Part shown: piece by piece, positions 1 to 9,999 of the stretch
Layout: each line of letters opens with the position of its first letter
Numbering within the stretch: position 1 is the first letter of the stretch
NCBI GenBank assembly: GCA_049903315.1
Contig: JBNGBT010000001.1
Coordinates: forward strand, 352,001-416,000
Origin: Candidatus Cloacimonadota bacterium
Lineage (GTDB): Bacteria; Cloacimonadota; Cloacimonadia; JGIOTU-2
Reading direction: 5' to 3'
Length of the DNA: 64,000 nucleotides
Position numbers and translations under genes: made by a program
Notes under the pieces: generated by a model
What the model was told of the DNA's origin: nothing
Seen by the model: only the letters and a program-made list of their open reading frames with translations
The model's database searches: none

Positions 1-1284
1 CGTGACCGGAGCATCATCTTTCAAAGCATTCTCGATAATAAGTATCACTTCATCAAAATTTTGGATGGAAACGAATAAACATTTGAGCAATTCGGAGTCA
101 CAACCCGAAATATGTTCCGACATGGGCTGTGCCAATGAGAGATAATTTTTTAGTGCGATCAGGTCGCGGGGGTATGCTTTATTTGTTCCCAGCTTGCTTA
201 TAATACGCTCGATGTCACCAATTTCAGAGAGTATTTCTATGATGCTATTGCGTGTGCGGCTTTTATCGAGAAGTTCCTCAACACTATTGTGACGCTGGAT
301 GATGAGTTCCTTTTTCATCAGGGGATTAAGCATCCAGTTGACCAGTTTTCGTCCACCCATAGGAGTTTTCGTCTCATCCATCACATCAAGAAGAGTGCCA
401 TGCTGGGAACGTGTGCGCATAGATTCTGTGAGTTCGAGATTATGTCTGGAAAGTGCATCCACCTGCATGAATTGTCCTTCAGAATAGAAGCTGAGTGTGT
501 TGATGTGAGAAAGATCACTATCTTTCAAGTCTTTTATGTAAGAAAGAATTGCTGCTGAAGCACAGACCGCAGTGTTTTTTCCCGAAAGTCCGAATCCTTC
601 GATAGAGAGTATATTAAAATGGCTTTTCAAGATATCTTCAGCTTCAGGAAATTCGTAACGCCAGGTTTCATATTCCGTAAATGCAGGATTATAAAAGAGG
701 TTGATCTTTTGCTTAAAATCAGATTCTATTGTTTCTGGAATAAGAATTTCCGTAGGATGAATTCTGGCAATCTCATCGACAACTCTATCGGGGGGAACTT
801 CTGTACAGGAAAATTCACCAGTAGAAATATCTATAGATGCAATGCCGCAGTTTGTTTTTCCTTCATACACGGCACTGAGGTAATTATTTCCTTTTCCCTG
901 AAGAAAATTTTCTTCAAGAATAGTGCCCGGAGTGATCACTTCTACGATTTTTCTTTTAACAAGTTTCTTTGCTTTTTTCGGATCTTCAACCTGCTCACAG
1001 ATCGCAACTTTGACACCATTGTCTAATAACTTTTTTAGATAGTTTTCGAGTGCATGATAGGGGAATCCTGCAAGTGGAACAGGATTTTTCTTTTTTTTAT
1101 CTCTTGTTGTGAGTGTTATGCCCAACAGTTTTGAAGCTGTTTTTGCATCTTCAAAAAAAGTTTCATAAAAATCTCCCATCCTGAAAAGCAGGAGTGCATC
1201 CGGCTGCTCCTTCTTTATTGAAAGGAACTGCTGAATGAGAGGTGTGTGTTCGTGAGGAAGGTCAGGAGATTTCTTTTTTGTCAT
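1..1284 (-). CDS. mutS: DNA mismatch repair protein MutS, N-terminal part (runs off the left edge)
   Basis: Not in the ORF track. Manual translation from the ATG at 1284 gives MTKKKSPDLPHEHTPLIQQFLSIKKEQPDALLLFRMGDFYETFFEDA, containing the MutS domain I signature (FRMGDFYE). The start overlaps the upstream stop (ATGA). Confidence 0.95.
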   Translation of the reverse strand, partial: MTKKKSPDLPHEHTPLIQQFLSIKKEQPDALLLFRMGDFYETFFEDAKTASKLLGITLTTRDKKKKNPVPLAGFPYHALENYLKKLLDNGVKVAICEQVEDPKKAKKLVKRKIVEVITPGTILEENFLQGKGNNYLSAVYEGKTNCGIASIDISTGEFSCTEVPPDRVVDEIARIHPTEILIPETIESDFKQKINLFYNPAFTEYETWRYEFPEAEDILKSHFNILSIEGFGLSGKNTAVCASAAILSYIKDLKDSDLSHINTLSFYSEGQFMQVDALSRHNLELTESMRTRSQHGTLLDVMDETKTPMGGRKLVNWMLNPLMKKELIIQRHNSVEELLDKSRTRNSIIEILSEIGDIERIISKLGTNKAYPRDLIALKNYLSLAQPMSEHISGCDSELLKCLFVSIQNFDEVILIIENALKDDAPVT

Positions 1285-2315
1285 GGTTTTTTATATACAT
1301 ATGAACTGATGTTTTCTTCTGCAAGCCGTTTTTTTTTATAGAGTGCTTCTTCTTCAGTGGAATAGGGACCGACACCAACAGCATAATAAATTTTTCCGTT
1401 CACGGATTTTGTAAAGACAAACGTGTTTTTCACTCCCATTTTCTTATACTCCTCCTCTGCTTCATGAGCTTGAGTTGAGTTTTCCAGTGCAGCAAGCTGA
1501 ACGATATAATTCTTCTCGAGAAGGTCATCGATCTGTGGTAAAGTTGTGAGAGATGATGAATAGTGCCCCTGCTCGATCAAAGAAACAAGCTGCTGTTCTG
1601 CAAGAGGTGAATACTGTGAATATGGATAGTCATTTGTGAGTGTTTTGTAATGCGTGATCGCATCAGTATATTTTGCTCTTTTTTCATAACTCAATCCCAT
1701 CAAATAAAGTAAGTAGGGATTAAAGTTGCTGTTTGGATTTTCTTCCTGCATTTGTGAGAACTGATCGATAGCTTTCGAATACTGCTTAAGTTCATAATAA
1801 GCAGTACCGCAATTGAGCATTGCCAGTTCCCTCTGAGAGGAATCAAGAGATATATTTATAAATTCTTTATATGAAGTGATCGCAGGAAAGTACTCCGCAC
1901 TACAGTAAAGTGCTTGGGCTTTCATGAAGAGGGCTTCTGAGTAATACAAAGAAAAGGTTTTTGTGAGCAATTTTCCAGAATACTGCTTTGCTGCTTTCCA
2001 GTCTTCATGTGTGAGGTTTATTTTCGCAAGATTGATGATTGCCCTGTCAGTGTATGCGTTTTCTTTTTCTTCCAATATTTCTTTATAATAAAAGGAAGCA
2101 TCATTTGCATTGTCAGCACATTGTCCTAAAAGATAGAGTATTTCGACTTTTTCTTCGTCAACCATACACTGTGGGAGCATAGATTTCAACTTTTGAAAGG
2201 CAGTGGCGTACTCGTTCTTTGAGATATGATTATATATAACAGAAAGGGACTGCCCCCATAAGGACATCATACATAGGGAGAAAAAGACTATAACCAGGCA
2301 GATAGTTTTTTTCAT
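1281..2315 (-). CDS. Exported TPR-repeat protein with C-terminal SPOR (peptidoglycan-binding) domain
   Basis: Signal peptide MKKTICLVIVFF..., several TPR-like helical repeats, and a C-terminal YIVQLAAL...YYAVGVGPYSTEEEA SPOR-like motif. Confidence 0.8.
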   Translation of the reverse strand: MKKTICLVIVFFSLCMMSLWGQSLSVIYNHISKNEYATAFQKLKSMLPQCMVDEEKVEILYLLGQCADNANDASFYYKEILEEKENAYTDRAIINLAKINLTHEDWKAAKQYSGKLLTKTFSLYYSEALFMKAQALYCSAEYFPAITSYKEFINISLDSSQRELAMLNCGTAYYELKQYSKAIDQFSQMQEENPNSNFNPYLLYLMGLSYEKRAKYTDAITHYKTLTNDYPYSQYSPLAEQQLVSLIEQGHYSSSLTTLPQIDDLLEKNYIVQLAALENSTQAHEAEEEYKKMGVKNTFVFTKSVNGKIYYAVGVGPYSTEEEALYKKKRLAEENISSYVYKKP

Positions 2316-2325
2316 AACCAAAATA

Positions 2326-3594
2326 TTAGCTGCTCATTAATTTCAGGAATTCCTGATTATTCTTGGTTCCTTTCATCTTGTTCTTAAGAAGTTCAATCGC
2401 ATCATATGGGCTTTGATTTTTCAATATTTTACGAAGAATAAATACACGATTTCTCACCTCTTCAGGAAGAAGTAATTCTTCACGGCGTGTGCCGGAAGTG
2501 ATAAGATCGATTGCCGGAAACATTCGCAAGTCGCTGATGGAACGGTCGAGAACAAGCTCCATATTACCGGTGCCCTTAAACTCTTCGAATATAACAGTAT
2601 CCATTTTACTTCCAGTATGAATTAGTGCGGTTGCCATTATAGTCAAACTTCCGCTTTCTTCTGTATTACGCGCAGCTCCGAAGAAGCGTTTCGGTTTGTG
2701 AAGTGCATTTGCATCGACACCACCGGAAAGCACTTTTCCGCTTGCAGGCATGAGTGTGTTATATGCCCGGGCAAGACGGGTAATACTATCAAGCAGTATG
2801 ACCACATCGCGTCCGTATTCAACCATTCTCTTTGCTTTTGCCATGACCATTTCTGCAAGGCGCACATGATGATGTGCGGTTTCATCAAAAGTGGAGCTCA
2901 CAACTTCTGAGTTTTCAGGTTTGACGATGCGCTTCATTTCAGTCACTTCTTCCGGTCGCTCATCAACAAGAAGGATAATCACATATACTTCCGGGTGGTT
3001 TGTGAGGATTGCATTTGCCAGCTTTTGAAGCAACACTGTTTTTCCGGTGCGGGGTGCAGCAACAATAAGTCCTCTTTGTCCTTTTCCGATCGGTGTAAAG
3101 AGGTCGATTATCCGGGTAGAAAGTTCGTCCTGGTCAGTTTCCAGATTGAGTTTTTCTTCGGGATAGAGCGGTGTCAGATGATCAAAATTCGGGGTTTCAT
3201 ACGCGCGTAAAGCCGGTTCGTTATTGATCGCATCAATTCTAATGAGAGCGAAGTATTTTTCATCTTCTTTTGGCGAACGTACAGGTCCGGAAATGATATT
3301 TCCCTGTTTGATATGAAATTTTTTCACCTGGGCTTTGGATACATAGATGTCGCTGGGTCCGCTTATATAATTTGCTTTTGGTGAACGCAGAAAGCCATAT
3401 CCTTCCGGAGTAAGATCTATCACGCCTGTGGTGAAGACCAATCCTTCATTTGCTGCCTGAGCATCGAGAATCGCGAACATTAAAGCTTCTTTATTCATAG
3501 TCTTAAAGTTCTTTATTTCATAACCTTTTGCGATCTTGTGAAGTTCAGGTAAGGTCATTTTTTGCATTTCTTTTAGATCAATTAAATCTTCCAT
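2326..3594 (-). CDS. rho: Transcription termination factor Rho
   Basis: [54 protein letters not shown] and [13 protein letters not shown] motifs. Confidence 0.98.
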   Translation of the reverse strand: MEDLIDLKEMQKMTLPELHKIAKGYEIKNFKTMNKEALMFAILDAQAANEGLVFTTGVIDLTPEGYGFLRSPKANYISGPSDIYVSKAQVKKFHIKQGNIISGPVRSPKEDEKYFALIRIDAINNEPALRAYETPNFDHLTPLYPEEKLNLETDQDELSTRIIDLFTPIGKGQRGLIVAAPRTGKTVLLQKLANAILTNHPEVYVIILLVDERPEEVTEMKRIVKPENSEVVSSTFDETAHHHVRLAEMVMAKAKRMVEYGRDVVILLDSITRLARAYNTLMPASGKVLSGGVDANALHKPKRFFGAARNTEESGSLTIMATALIHTGSKMDTVIFEEFKGTGNMELVLDRSISDLRMFPAIDLITSGTRREELLLPEEVRNRVFILRKILKNQSPYDAIELLKNKMKGTKNNQEFLKLMSS

Positions 3595-3609
3595 AATACT
3601 CCTAAATAT

Positions 3610-4317
3610 TTATGATTTTTCATTTTTATTTTTTCTATGTTTTACTTTAAAATTTTCTTCAGCTGCTGATTTTCTAACGTATAAGGGTTCTACCTTCGAA
3701 ATATTATCAACTTCATATATGTCACAACCCTTATTGTTTTCAATGATGTCGATCAGAGATGTTGCCTTCGGAAAACAGTCAATATCTCTTGCAAAGTTCA
3801 GGATGGCATCAGTATCAAACAATGCTTGTTTTATTTTTGATTTGACGGGTCCAATAATCAGAGTTTCAGTATCTACAATTTTCATAATTTGTTCAAGCTT
3901 CGCAAAAGCAGGTGCGTGAATTTCAGCAAGATCCGATGAATATACAGCAAAGTAATATTCTTTCCTTCCTGCATCCATGAGTGCACAGATATTTTCTGAA
4001 ACTGCTGATGTGTTGTTGGCAAGAGATCTCAGTGTCGAAGTTACGTAAAGCGGTATTTTCAAACCGAAACAGAGTCCTTTGGCAGTAGAGAGCCCGATGC
4101 GCAGTCCTGTAAAAGAACCCGGTCCGATCGAAAGCGCTATTGCTGAGATGTTTTCAAGTTTCATATCTGTTTGAGCAAGCAGGTTTTCAACTGTGGGCAA
4201 GAGACGTTCCGAATGAGTCCTTTTTGCTTTGGTAGTCACATCTGCAATGATCTGACCATTACTGGAGAGAGCAATACTTTCGTAAGCTGTTGAGGTCTCA
4301 AGAGCGAGAATATTCAT
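3610..4317 (-). CDS. tsaB: tRNA threonylcarbamoyladenosine biosynthesis protein TsaB
   Basis: MNILALETST start, HSERLLP, GPGSFTGLRIG and C-terminal PLYVR. Start moved to the ATG at 4317. Confidence 0.93.
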   Translation of the reverse strand: MNILALETSTAYESIALSSNGQIIADVTTKAKRTHSERLLPTVENLLAQTDMKLENISAIALSIGPGSFTGLRIGLSTAKGLCFGLKIPLYVTSTLRSLANNTSAVSENICALMDAGRKEYYFAVYSSDLAEIHAPAFAKLEQIMKIVDTETLIIGPVKSKIKQALFDTDAILNFARDIDCFPKATSLIDIIENNKGCDIYEVDNISKVEPLYVRKSAAEENFKVKHRKNKNEKS

Positions 4318-4318
4318 A

Positions 4319-4714
4319 TCAGCAGTTATTTGCTGGTTTGTCTCCAAGGGGATTTCTGGAAACCTTTGCGGATTGGTTGGGATGAGGAACGACACAGAGA
4401 AAACGTAAAAGGGTATCATCAGTATTCTTGAATTGATGTTTTAAATGTGGTTCTACATAGATGACATCCCATTGCTGGAAGGGTTTTTCTCCTTCTTCTG
4501 TAACTAAAGTTCCTGTGCCCTGAAGTACAAAAACTTCATGTTCCCAGTCATGTGAATGAAAAGGTGTATGTCCACCTGCTTCGACCTCAAACATACGCAT
4601 GGCAAAATGAGGAGCGTTATCCTTTTGAGAAATAAGCCATCTTATCTTTGTTCTGTCTGCACCCTCTATATTAACATCTTCCAGAAGGACATCGTTGAAA
4701 TGGGTGATTTTCAT
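4319..4714 (-). CDS. Cupin-domain protein
   Basis: FAMRMFEVEAGGHTPFHSHDWEHEVFVLQG...HQFKN metal-binding cupin motifs. GGAGG RBS precedes the ATG at 4714. Confidence 0.85.
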   Translation of the reverse strand: MKITHFNDVLLEDVNIEGADRTKIRWLISQKDNAPHFAMRMFEVEAGGHTPFHSHDWEHEVFVLQGTGTLVTEEGEKPFQQWDVIYVEPHLKHQFKNTDDTLLRFLCVVPHPNQSAKVSRNPLGDKPANNC

Positions 4715-4782
4715 GGTTACCTCCAGATTTCTGAGCACCATTTAATTGTGATGTATTTATTAACTTTATTATTTCGAAGCAA

Positions 4783-4811
4783 AATCTACAAACCGTGTGC
4801 CTAAACGTCAA
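4783..4811 (-). promoter_or_regulatory. Putative sigma70 promoter for cupin-tsaB-rho-TPR-mutS
   Basis: TTGACG-17 nt-TAGATT on the minus strand with an A-rich upstream tract. Confidence 0.55.
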
Positions 4812-4833
4812 TTTTTTTTATGATTTCACAAAA

Positions 4834-5565
4834 CTAATATGTAACTTCCAAAAGATAGAGTCCTTGAGGTGATGCTGTCATACCAAGGAGTTTATAATCC
4901 TGAGTGGAAAATATTTTATCTACAAATTTTGGTTCGAGCTCTTCATGGGAAATATGTAAAAGAGTGCCGACAATCCTTCGAACCATATTATGCATGAACC
5001 TGTTTGCAGATATTGTAAAAATGAAATGAGTATCAGTCTCGCTCCAATCTGCGCGATCAACAGTACATAGTGTTGAGGGAAGCTGAGATGTGTCATGTGC
5101 AAAAACATTAAAGTCATGTGTGCCGAGTAAATATTTAGACGCTTGTTGCAAAAGAGGTAACGAGAATTTTTTATAAGGAAAATATGAGGCATAGAATCGC
5201 TCAAAAGGAGAGAATTCTTTCATGATCTTATACATATACGTTCTTTTTTTTGCAGAAAATCTCGCATGAAAAGTGTCATCCACAAATGAACATTCCTTGA
5301 TATAAATAGCTTTATTGATGATACTGTTGACCGCAGCAACAATGTTCTCTGGCTTCATTTTCGTTCCTGCTTCAAAATGGGCATACTGATTAAGTGCATG
5401 CACACCCGCATCAGTCCTGCCAGACACAGTAAGGGGAGTAGCGGTTTTAAAAATTCGAAAAAGAACCTCTTCCATGACCTGCTGGATTGTAAGCGCTTCT
5501 TTCTGTATCTGCCATCCATGAAAAGGATGTCCGTCATAACTGAACCGGAGTAAAAATTTTGTCAT
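4834..5565 (-). CDS. truA: tRNA pseudouridine(38-40) synthase TruA
   Basis: YDGHPFHGWQ, SGRTDAGVHA, FHARFSA and FMHNMVRRIVG motifs. Start taken at MTKFLL. Confidence 0.96.
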   Translation of the reverse strand: MTKFLLRFSYDGHPFHGWQIQKEALTIQQVMEEVLFRIFKTATPLTVSGRTDAGVHALNQYAHFEAGTKMKPENIVAAVNSIINKAIYIKECSFVDDTFHARFSAKKRTYMYKIMKEFSPFERFYASYFPYKKFSLPLLQQASKYLLGTHDFNVFAHDTSQLPSTLCTVDRADWSETDTHFIFTISANRFMHNMVRRIVGTLLHISHEELEPKFVDKIFSTQDYKLLGMTASPQGLYLLEVTY

Positions 5566-6203
5566 AAAATGATAAGTACGATTTGTATGAGAAATAGAAC
5601 GGGCAGAAGGAGATCCCATGCATGAAAAGAGTGTGAAAATTCGCTATTGAGAAAGCTTTCCGCAGGAGCAGAATAAATATGTACTTTTTTAAGTGATCTG
5701 TTAACAATAACTGGAAAAAGCTCAGATATATCACTCAACCCAATTCTTCTTTTTATATGATACTTATACAACTTTATCGTACGAGAATATTCACGATAAA
5801 TTATGGGAAGAAATCGAATAATGCCATAGATAAAAACTATTGATGAATTGCGTATTTTATGAGGGATAACAGTGCGCATTTGCGCAATGAATGAGAATGC
5901 CGAAGTTGATCTCACAAGCACAACAGTATAACATATCATAATAGAGATCGAACCAATTATCATTAAATCCTTGTGCCAGGGATTTCCAAATACATAGCCA
6001 ATGAGAAAGATCGAAAGTAAGAGCGGAGAAATACGCATGAGAGTATTTACGGCAGTTATAAGATTTGCGGGAAATATTATCAATGACAGACCCAGAATAG
6101 TGAGTATAGAAATCAATATAAAATTATTATGAAACATGAAGAGAAAAACGATCTGTGACATTATAAATAAAATTTTTAGAAGTGGATTAAGATGGTTAAG
6201 CAT
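5562..6203 (-). CDS. Membrane protein resembling a divergent ECF transporter T component (EcfT/CbiQ-like)
   Basis: LNPLLK N-terminus (compare LDPRxK), multiple TM helices and an IRFLPII..EY coupling-helix-like segment. Overlaps the truA start. Confidence 0.55.
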   Translation of the reverse strand: MLNHLNPLLKILFIMSQIVFLFMFHNNFILISILTILGLSLIIFPANLITAVNTLMRISPLLLSIFLIGYVFGNPWHKDLMIIGSISIMICYTVVLVRSTSAFSFIAQMRTVIPHKIRNSSIVFIYGIIRFLPIIYREYSRTIKLYKYHIKRRIGLSDISELFPVIVNRSLKKVHIYSAPAESFLNSEFSHSFHAWDLLLPVLFLIQIVLIIL

Positions 6204-6212
6204 GAGATGATA

Positions 6213-8447
6213 TTATTGTTTGGGAACCTCCATATTTTTTTCTGGTTCAGGAATTATGAGAACACTATCTTCTTCAATCGAAACCTGAATTGAGTCAATA
6301 ATCGAGAGAGTATCCTGAATTGTATATAAAGAATCCGTAAAGGCTGTGCTATCCTGTACGACGACCAATGAATCAATTATCACTGTGGTATCTTTTTCTA
6401 CTTCAAAAGGAATGAAATGTACCCCATCAAAGAAATCAGAGAGCTCGGATTTCAGCTGGTGTTCAGGATATTTCGTGAAAAACTCTACTAAATATGGTCT
6501 GGCAGAGGTAGTATCTTTGCTCTCTTCTACATAGAGATAGGATTTCAAATATAATGCCTGCGGATAGACTTCCGTGGAATCATAATTTAATAAAATTGTA
6601 TCTAAATATGCATGGCTTTGTTCGAGTGATACAGAATCAAAATAAAAGTCCAATGCTTTTTTCAAATACTGCTGTGCATAGTGTTCATCGGGATCTACCA
6701 GCTCATATGGTTCATTGTTGATAAGTTTTTTTGCTGCGATCGTATATTTTGATTTCGGATAACCAGTTTCAAGAAGCATGTAAATTTCTGAAGCTTGATC
6801 CGCATCCTGAAGTTTCTTCTGATATGTCCAGAGTTTCATAAAAAGTGCTTTTGCAATGATCTCTCTCTCGAATTCCCGAATAGTATTATTAAGATTTTCT
6901 ATTTTCACAAGGAGCTGCTGTTTGGGAGGAACAAGAATTTCCTCTACCTCCGCAAGGGTGGTGTCTGCCATCGTAGTATCAACAAACACGCTGTCTGTAA
7001 AAGATGTATCAAAAACCGCTATTTCTCTGATACTATCAGTAAGTGCTGTGTCGGGTATGGCAGTGAGGATCGAGTCATTTTCGATCTCTGCCATTGTCAT
7101 GGAATCAATAATTGTAACGACAGAATCTTGTTTATGAACTATGAACTCCACTTCAAGGGAATCAGTGACAGAAAGGGTGTCTAAGCCAGTTTCGATCGAG
7201 TCCTGTTCGGGGTAGTAGAGCATCAAAACTTTGTTAAGTGAATCAAGCTCGAGCTTGAGAAGAGGGAGGCGTTCAAGGATCTCGTTGTACATTGCAAGTG
7301 CAGAATCCGGCTGGTTCAGGTCGAAATTATAGTACTCAGCGAGTTGAAATTGGAACTCAACGATCTCTTTTATCTGGCTGCTGCTTTGGATAGTCTGATA
7401 GCTGATGAGCTCCTGAGCTATTTTCAATTTATTATTAGCTTGATCGACCAGTCTCTCACTAAGTTGCTTTATGGTAATAGCCTTAAATTTTTCCACAGCA
7501 AGTTCATAATCCTGTAGTACACTAAAATAAATATCAGCCCAGTAATAATAGATTTCGGATACTATTTTATTTCCCTTATTGTTTTCTATGATAGTCTCAA
7601 ATAATTTGAATGCTTTTTCCGTATTTCCAAGATGGGCTTCACAGAGAGCTATATACATTCTTATTTCAGGAAGTCTGGAATAATCAACTTCAGTTTCATT
7701 TAACCTTTCAAATACTGGCAGCGCTTCTGCATAATTTCCGGTTTCCAAAAAAATATTCCCGATGTAGAATAAGGCATCAAGTTGATATCTTTTGGTTGGT
7801 TTTTCTGCAAGAAAATTTCGAAATGCAAGCTCCGCATTGCGATATTCTCCATTTATATACACTATTTCTGCGTAGAGGAACATTGCTCTGAGATGGGATT
7901 TCCTTTTTAGATCGGTGTTGAGCAGTTCCAAAATTGTATCCTTAGCATCATTAAATTTATTCTTCTTAATGTAATAATCAGCCAGATCGAAGTATGCGTC
8001 TGTGCGAACTTCCTGAAATCTCGGATTTGTGAAGATCGCTGAGAATTGTTTCATGGCTTCATCATATTCTTTCATTCCAAGATAGGTTTTGGCAAGATAG
8101 AGTTTTGCGATCGGATAAAGTTCATATTTGTTATAATACTTTTCATACTCCTGGAATTTTCGAAGAGCTTTTATATAGTATTCTTGCTCATAATAGCATT
8201 GTCCCATCAGCAGAATTGCATTGTCGACCCATTTATTCGTGGGATATTCCTGTATGATGTAAGCGCACTTGCCAATTGAGGTTTCGAATTTCGTGTCGAT
8301 GCCAGGGGATACTTTTCCGTCATTCTTTTCTTTCGCATCCATTGCTTCTGCATAGTATTTTTGCGCATTATAAAAGGTATTATAATAGACGCAACCTGCG
8401 AGTAAAAACAGGACTGATAGAATTAGAAGAAATAAACGGATTTTCAT
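6213..8447 (-). CDS. TPR-repeat lipoprotein, possibly SprE/PorW-like
   Basis: Lipobox LLAG-C followed by YYNTFYNA, many TPR repeats, and two acidic low-complexity D(S/T)-rich linkers. Confidence 0.7.
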   Translation of the reverse strand: MKIRLFLLILSVLFLLAGCVYYNTFYNAQKYYAEAMDAKEKNDGKVSPGIDTKFETSIGKCAYIIQEYPTNKWVDNAILLMGQCYYEQEYYIKALRKFQEYEKYYNKYELYPIAKLYLAKTYLGMKEYDEAMKQFSAIFTNPRFQEVRTDAYFDLADYYIKKNKFNDAKDTILELLNTDLKRKSHLRAMFLYAEIVYINGEYRNAELAFRNFLAEKPTKRYQLDALFYIGNIFLETGNYAEALPVFERLNETEVDYSRLPEIRMYIALCEAHLGNTEKAFKLFETIIENNKGNKIVSEIYYYWADIYFSVLQDYELAVEKFKAITIKQLSERLVDQANNKLKIAQELISYQTIQSSSQIKEIVEFQFQLAEYYNFDLNQPDSALAMYNEILERLPLLKLELDSLNKVLMLYYPEQDSIETGLDTLSVTDSLEVEFIVHKQDSVVTIIDSMTMAEIENDSILTAIPDTALTDSIREIAVFDTSFTDSVFVDTTMADTTLAEVEEILVPPKQQLLVKIENLNNTIREFEREIIAKALFMKLWTYQKKLQDADQASEIYMLLETGYPKSKYTIAAKKLINNEPYELVDPDEHYAQQYLKKALDFYFDSVSLEQSHAYLDTILLNYDSTEVYPQALYLKSYLYVEESKDTTSARPYLVEFFTKYPEHQLKSELSDFFDGVHFIPFEVEKDTTVIIDSLVVVQDSTAFTDSLYTIQDTLSIIDSIQVSIEEDSVLIIPEPEKNMEVPKQ

Positions 8448-8452
8448 GTATC

Positions 8453-9982
8453 TTATTCTAAGCTGCCCACCACTTTTTCTACTTCTTCAAGAATTTCGCA
8501 TGATCTTACGAGTTCTTTCATTGTTGTATGGTCGGGATAAAGAGGTCTGTCAATGTCGAGGAATTCAACATATTTTCGTATGACTTCTTTTGCTTTTGTA
8601 ACACCAGCGCCAAATTTATATTCTTCTTCGCGAAAATCAAGTGCTTGTGTTGCAGCCATGAACTCGATGCCAAGAATGCCATATGCATTGTCCATGATCT
8701 GGAAATTCTTTATCGCAGTATTCATTCCCATTGAGACAAAGTCCTCCTGATCGGCAGCAGCGGGTATGGACTGAACTGAAGCAGGTGCCGAGAGAATTCT
8801 TTGTTCAACTATCTGCATATCCGCAGTATATTGGCTGAGCATCATACCGGAGAACATACCTGCCCCTTTTGTAAGAAATGCAGGTAAACCCACGCTTAAT
8901 GCCGGATTGTTCAGTCTGTTCATGCGACGTTCTGACATGACAGAAACCATGGTGATCGCTGCACTTATCATATCCATAGGAAGCGAGACAGGAGAGCCCT
9001 GAAAATTTGCGCCGGAAAGTTGAATCTTTTTATCCGGGAAGAAAACCGGATTGTCTCCCACACCATTGAGTTCTATTTCAACTTGTGAGCGAGCATATAC
9101 AATGGCGTCGTGTGCAGCGCCAATAACCTGCGGAGTTGAGCGCATAGAATAGGCATCCTGTACTTTGCATTTAACTCTGCCTTCTGCAAGATCCCCACCT
9201 TTGACAAGTTTACCAATCGATTTTGCACAGCGTATTGCGCCTTTGAATCCACGAGCTTCGTGCAACAACGGAGTATATGGCTTCATGTTTGCTTTAAGTG
9301 CTTCGAGGGACATTGCTGCTGCTATTTCTGCCTGTTTGAGCCATCGGTTGGCATCGTACAGCATTATAGCACTCATCGCAGTTAAAAGGTTTGAGCCATT
9401 GATCGCAGAAAGTCCGTCACGGGCTTTCAAACCTGGAACTGGTATTCCGGCTCTATCCATAGCTTCTTTGCCTTCAAGAAGCTCACCCTTATAATACGCT
9501 TTACCTTCTCCGAGAAGAAGGAGAGCGATCTGGGACATCGGAGCAAGGTCTCCACATGCACCGACAGAACCTTTCTGGCATACAAAAGGTGTAACACCTT
9601 TATTGAGCATCGCTGCCAATGTGAGAGGAATTTCCGGACGGCATCCAGAGTTGCCTTTCACAAGCACATTAATTCTCCCTGCCATAGCACCGCGAACATA
9701 TTCAATAGGAGCTGGATCACCGATCCCAGCAGCATGATTGTATACTAAATAACGTTGAAAATCTTCCATCTGTTCGTCGCTGAGTACAACTTCCGAGAAT
9801 TCTCCAATGCCTGTGTTCACGCCATACATGATTTCATGAGTTTTTATTTTTTCTTCCAGCATTGCACGGCATTTGTTGATGCGGTCGATACTTTCCTGTG
9901 GGATCTCAACTTGTTCATTTTCCCGTGCGATCTTCACGACCTTTTCAATAGTTAAATTATACCCATTCAAAACTATAGCCAT
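8453..9982 (-). CDS. MIO-family aromatic amino acid ammonia-lyase with non-canonical Ala-Cys-Gly tripeptide
   Basis: YGVNTGIG, GSVGACGDLAP, INGS, QDAYSMR, DNP and QEDFVSM motifs. Confidence 0.9.
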   Translation of the reverse strand: MAIVLNGYNLTIEKVVKIARENEQVEIPQESIDRINKCRAMLEEKIKTHEIMYGVNTGIGEFSEVVLSDEQMEDFQRYLVYNHAAGIGDPAPIEYVRGAMAGRINVLVKGNSGCRPEIPLTLAAMLNKGVTPFVCQKGSVGACGDLAPMSQIALLLLGEGKAYYKGELLEGKEAMDRAGIPVPGLKARDGLSAINGSNLLTAMSAIMLYDANRWLKQAEIAAAMSLEALKANMKPYTPLLHEARGFKGAIRCAKSIGKLVKGGDLAEGRVKCKVQDAYSMRSTPQVIGAAHDAIVYARSQVEIELNGVGDNPVFFPDKKIQLSGANFQGSPVSLPMDMISAAITMVSVMSERRMNRLNNPALSVGLPAFLTKGAGMFSGMMLSQYTADMQIVEQRILSAPASVQSIPAAADQEDFVSMGMNTAIKNFQIMDNAYGILGIEFMAATQALDFREEEYKFGAGVTKAKEVIRKYVEFLDIDRPLYPDHTTMKELVRSCEILEEVEKVVGSLE

Positions 9983-9999
9983 AGTGAGCTCCTTTTATG

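Noticed and set aside
289..1026. Plus-strand ORFs 289..558, 299..487 and 619..1026
   Set aside because: They are antisense shadows of mutS. The same applies to the many short ORFs opposite or inside long genes throughout the track.
4319..4330. Cupin ending ...NNC-TGA as possible selenocysteine readthrough
   Set aside because: Readthrough would run into tsaB and stop within a few codons, and I see no SECIS-like hairpin.
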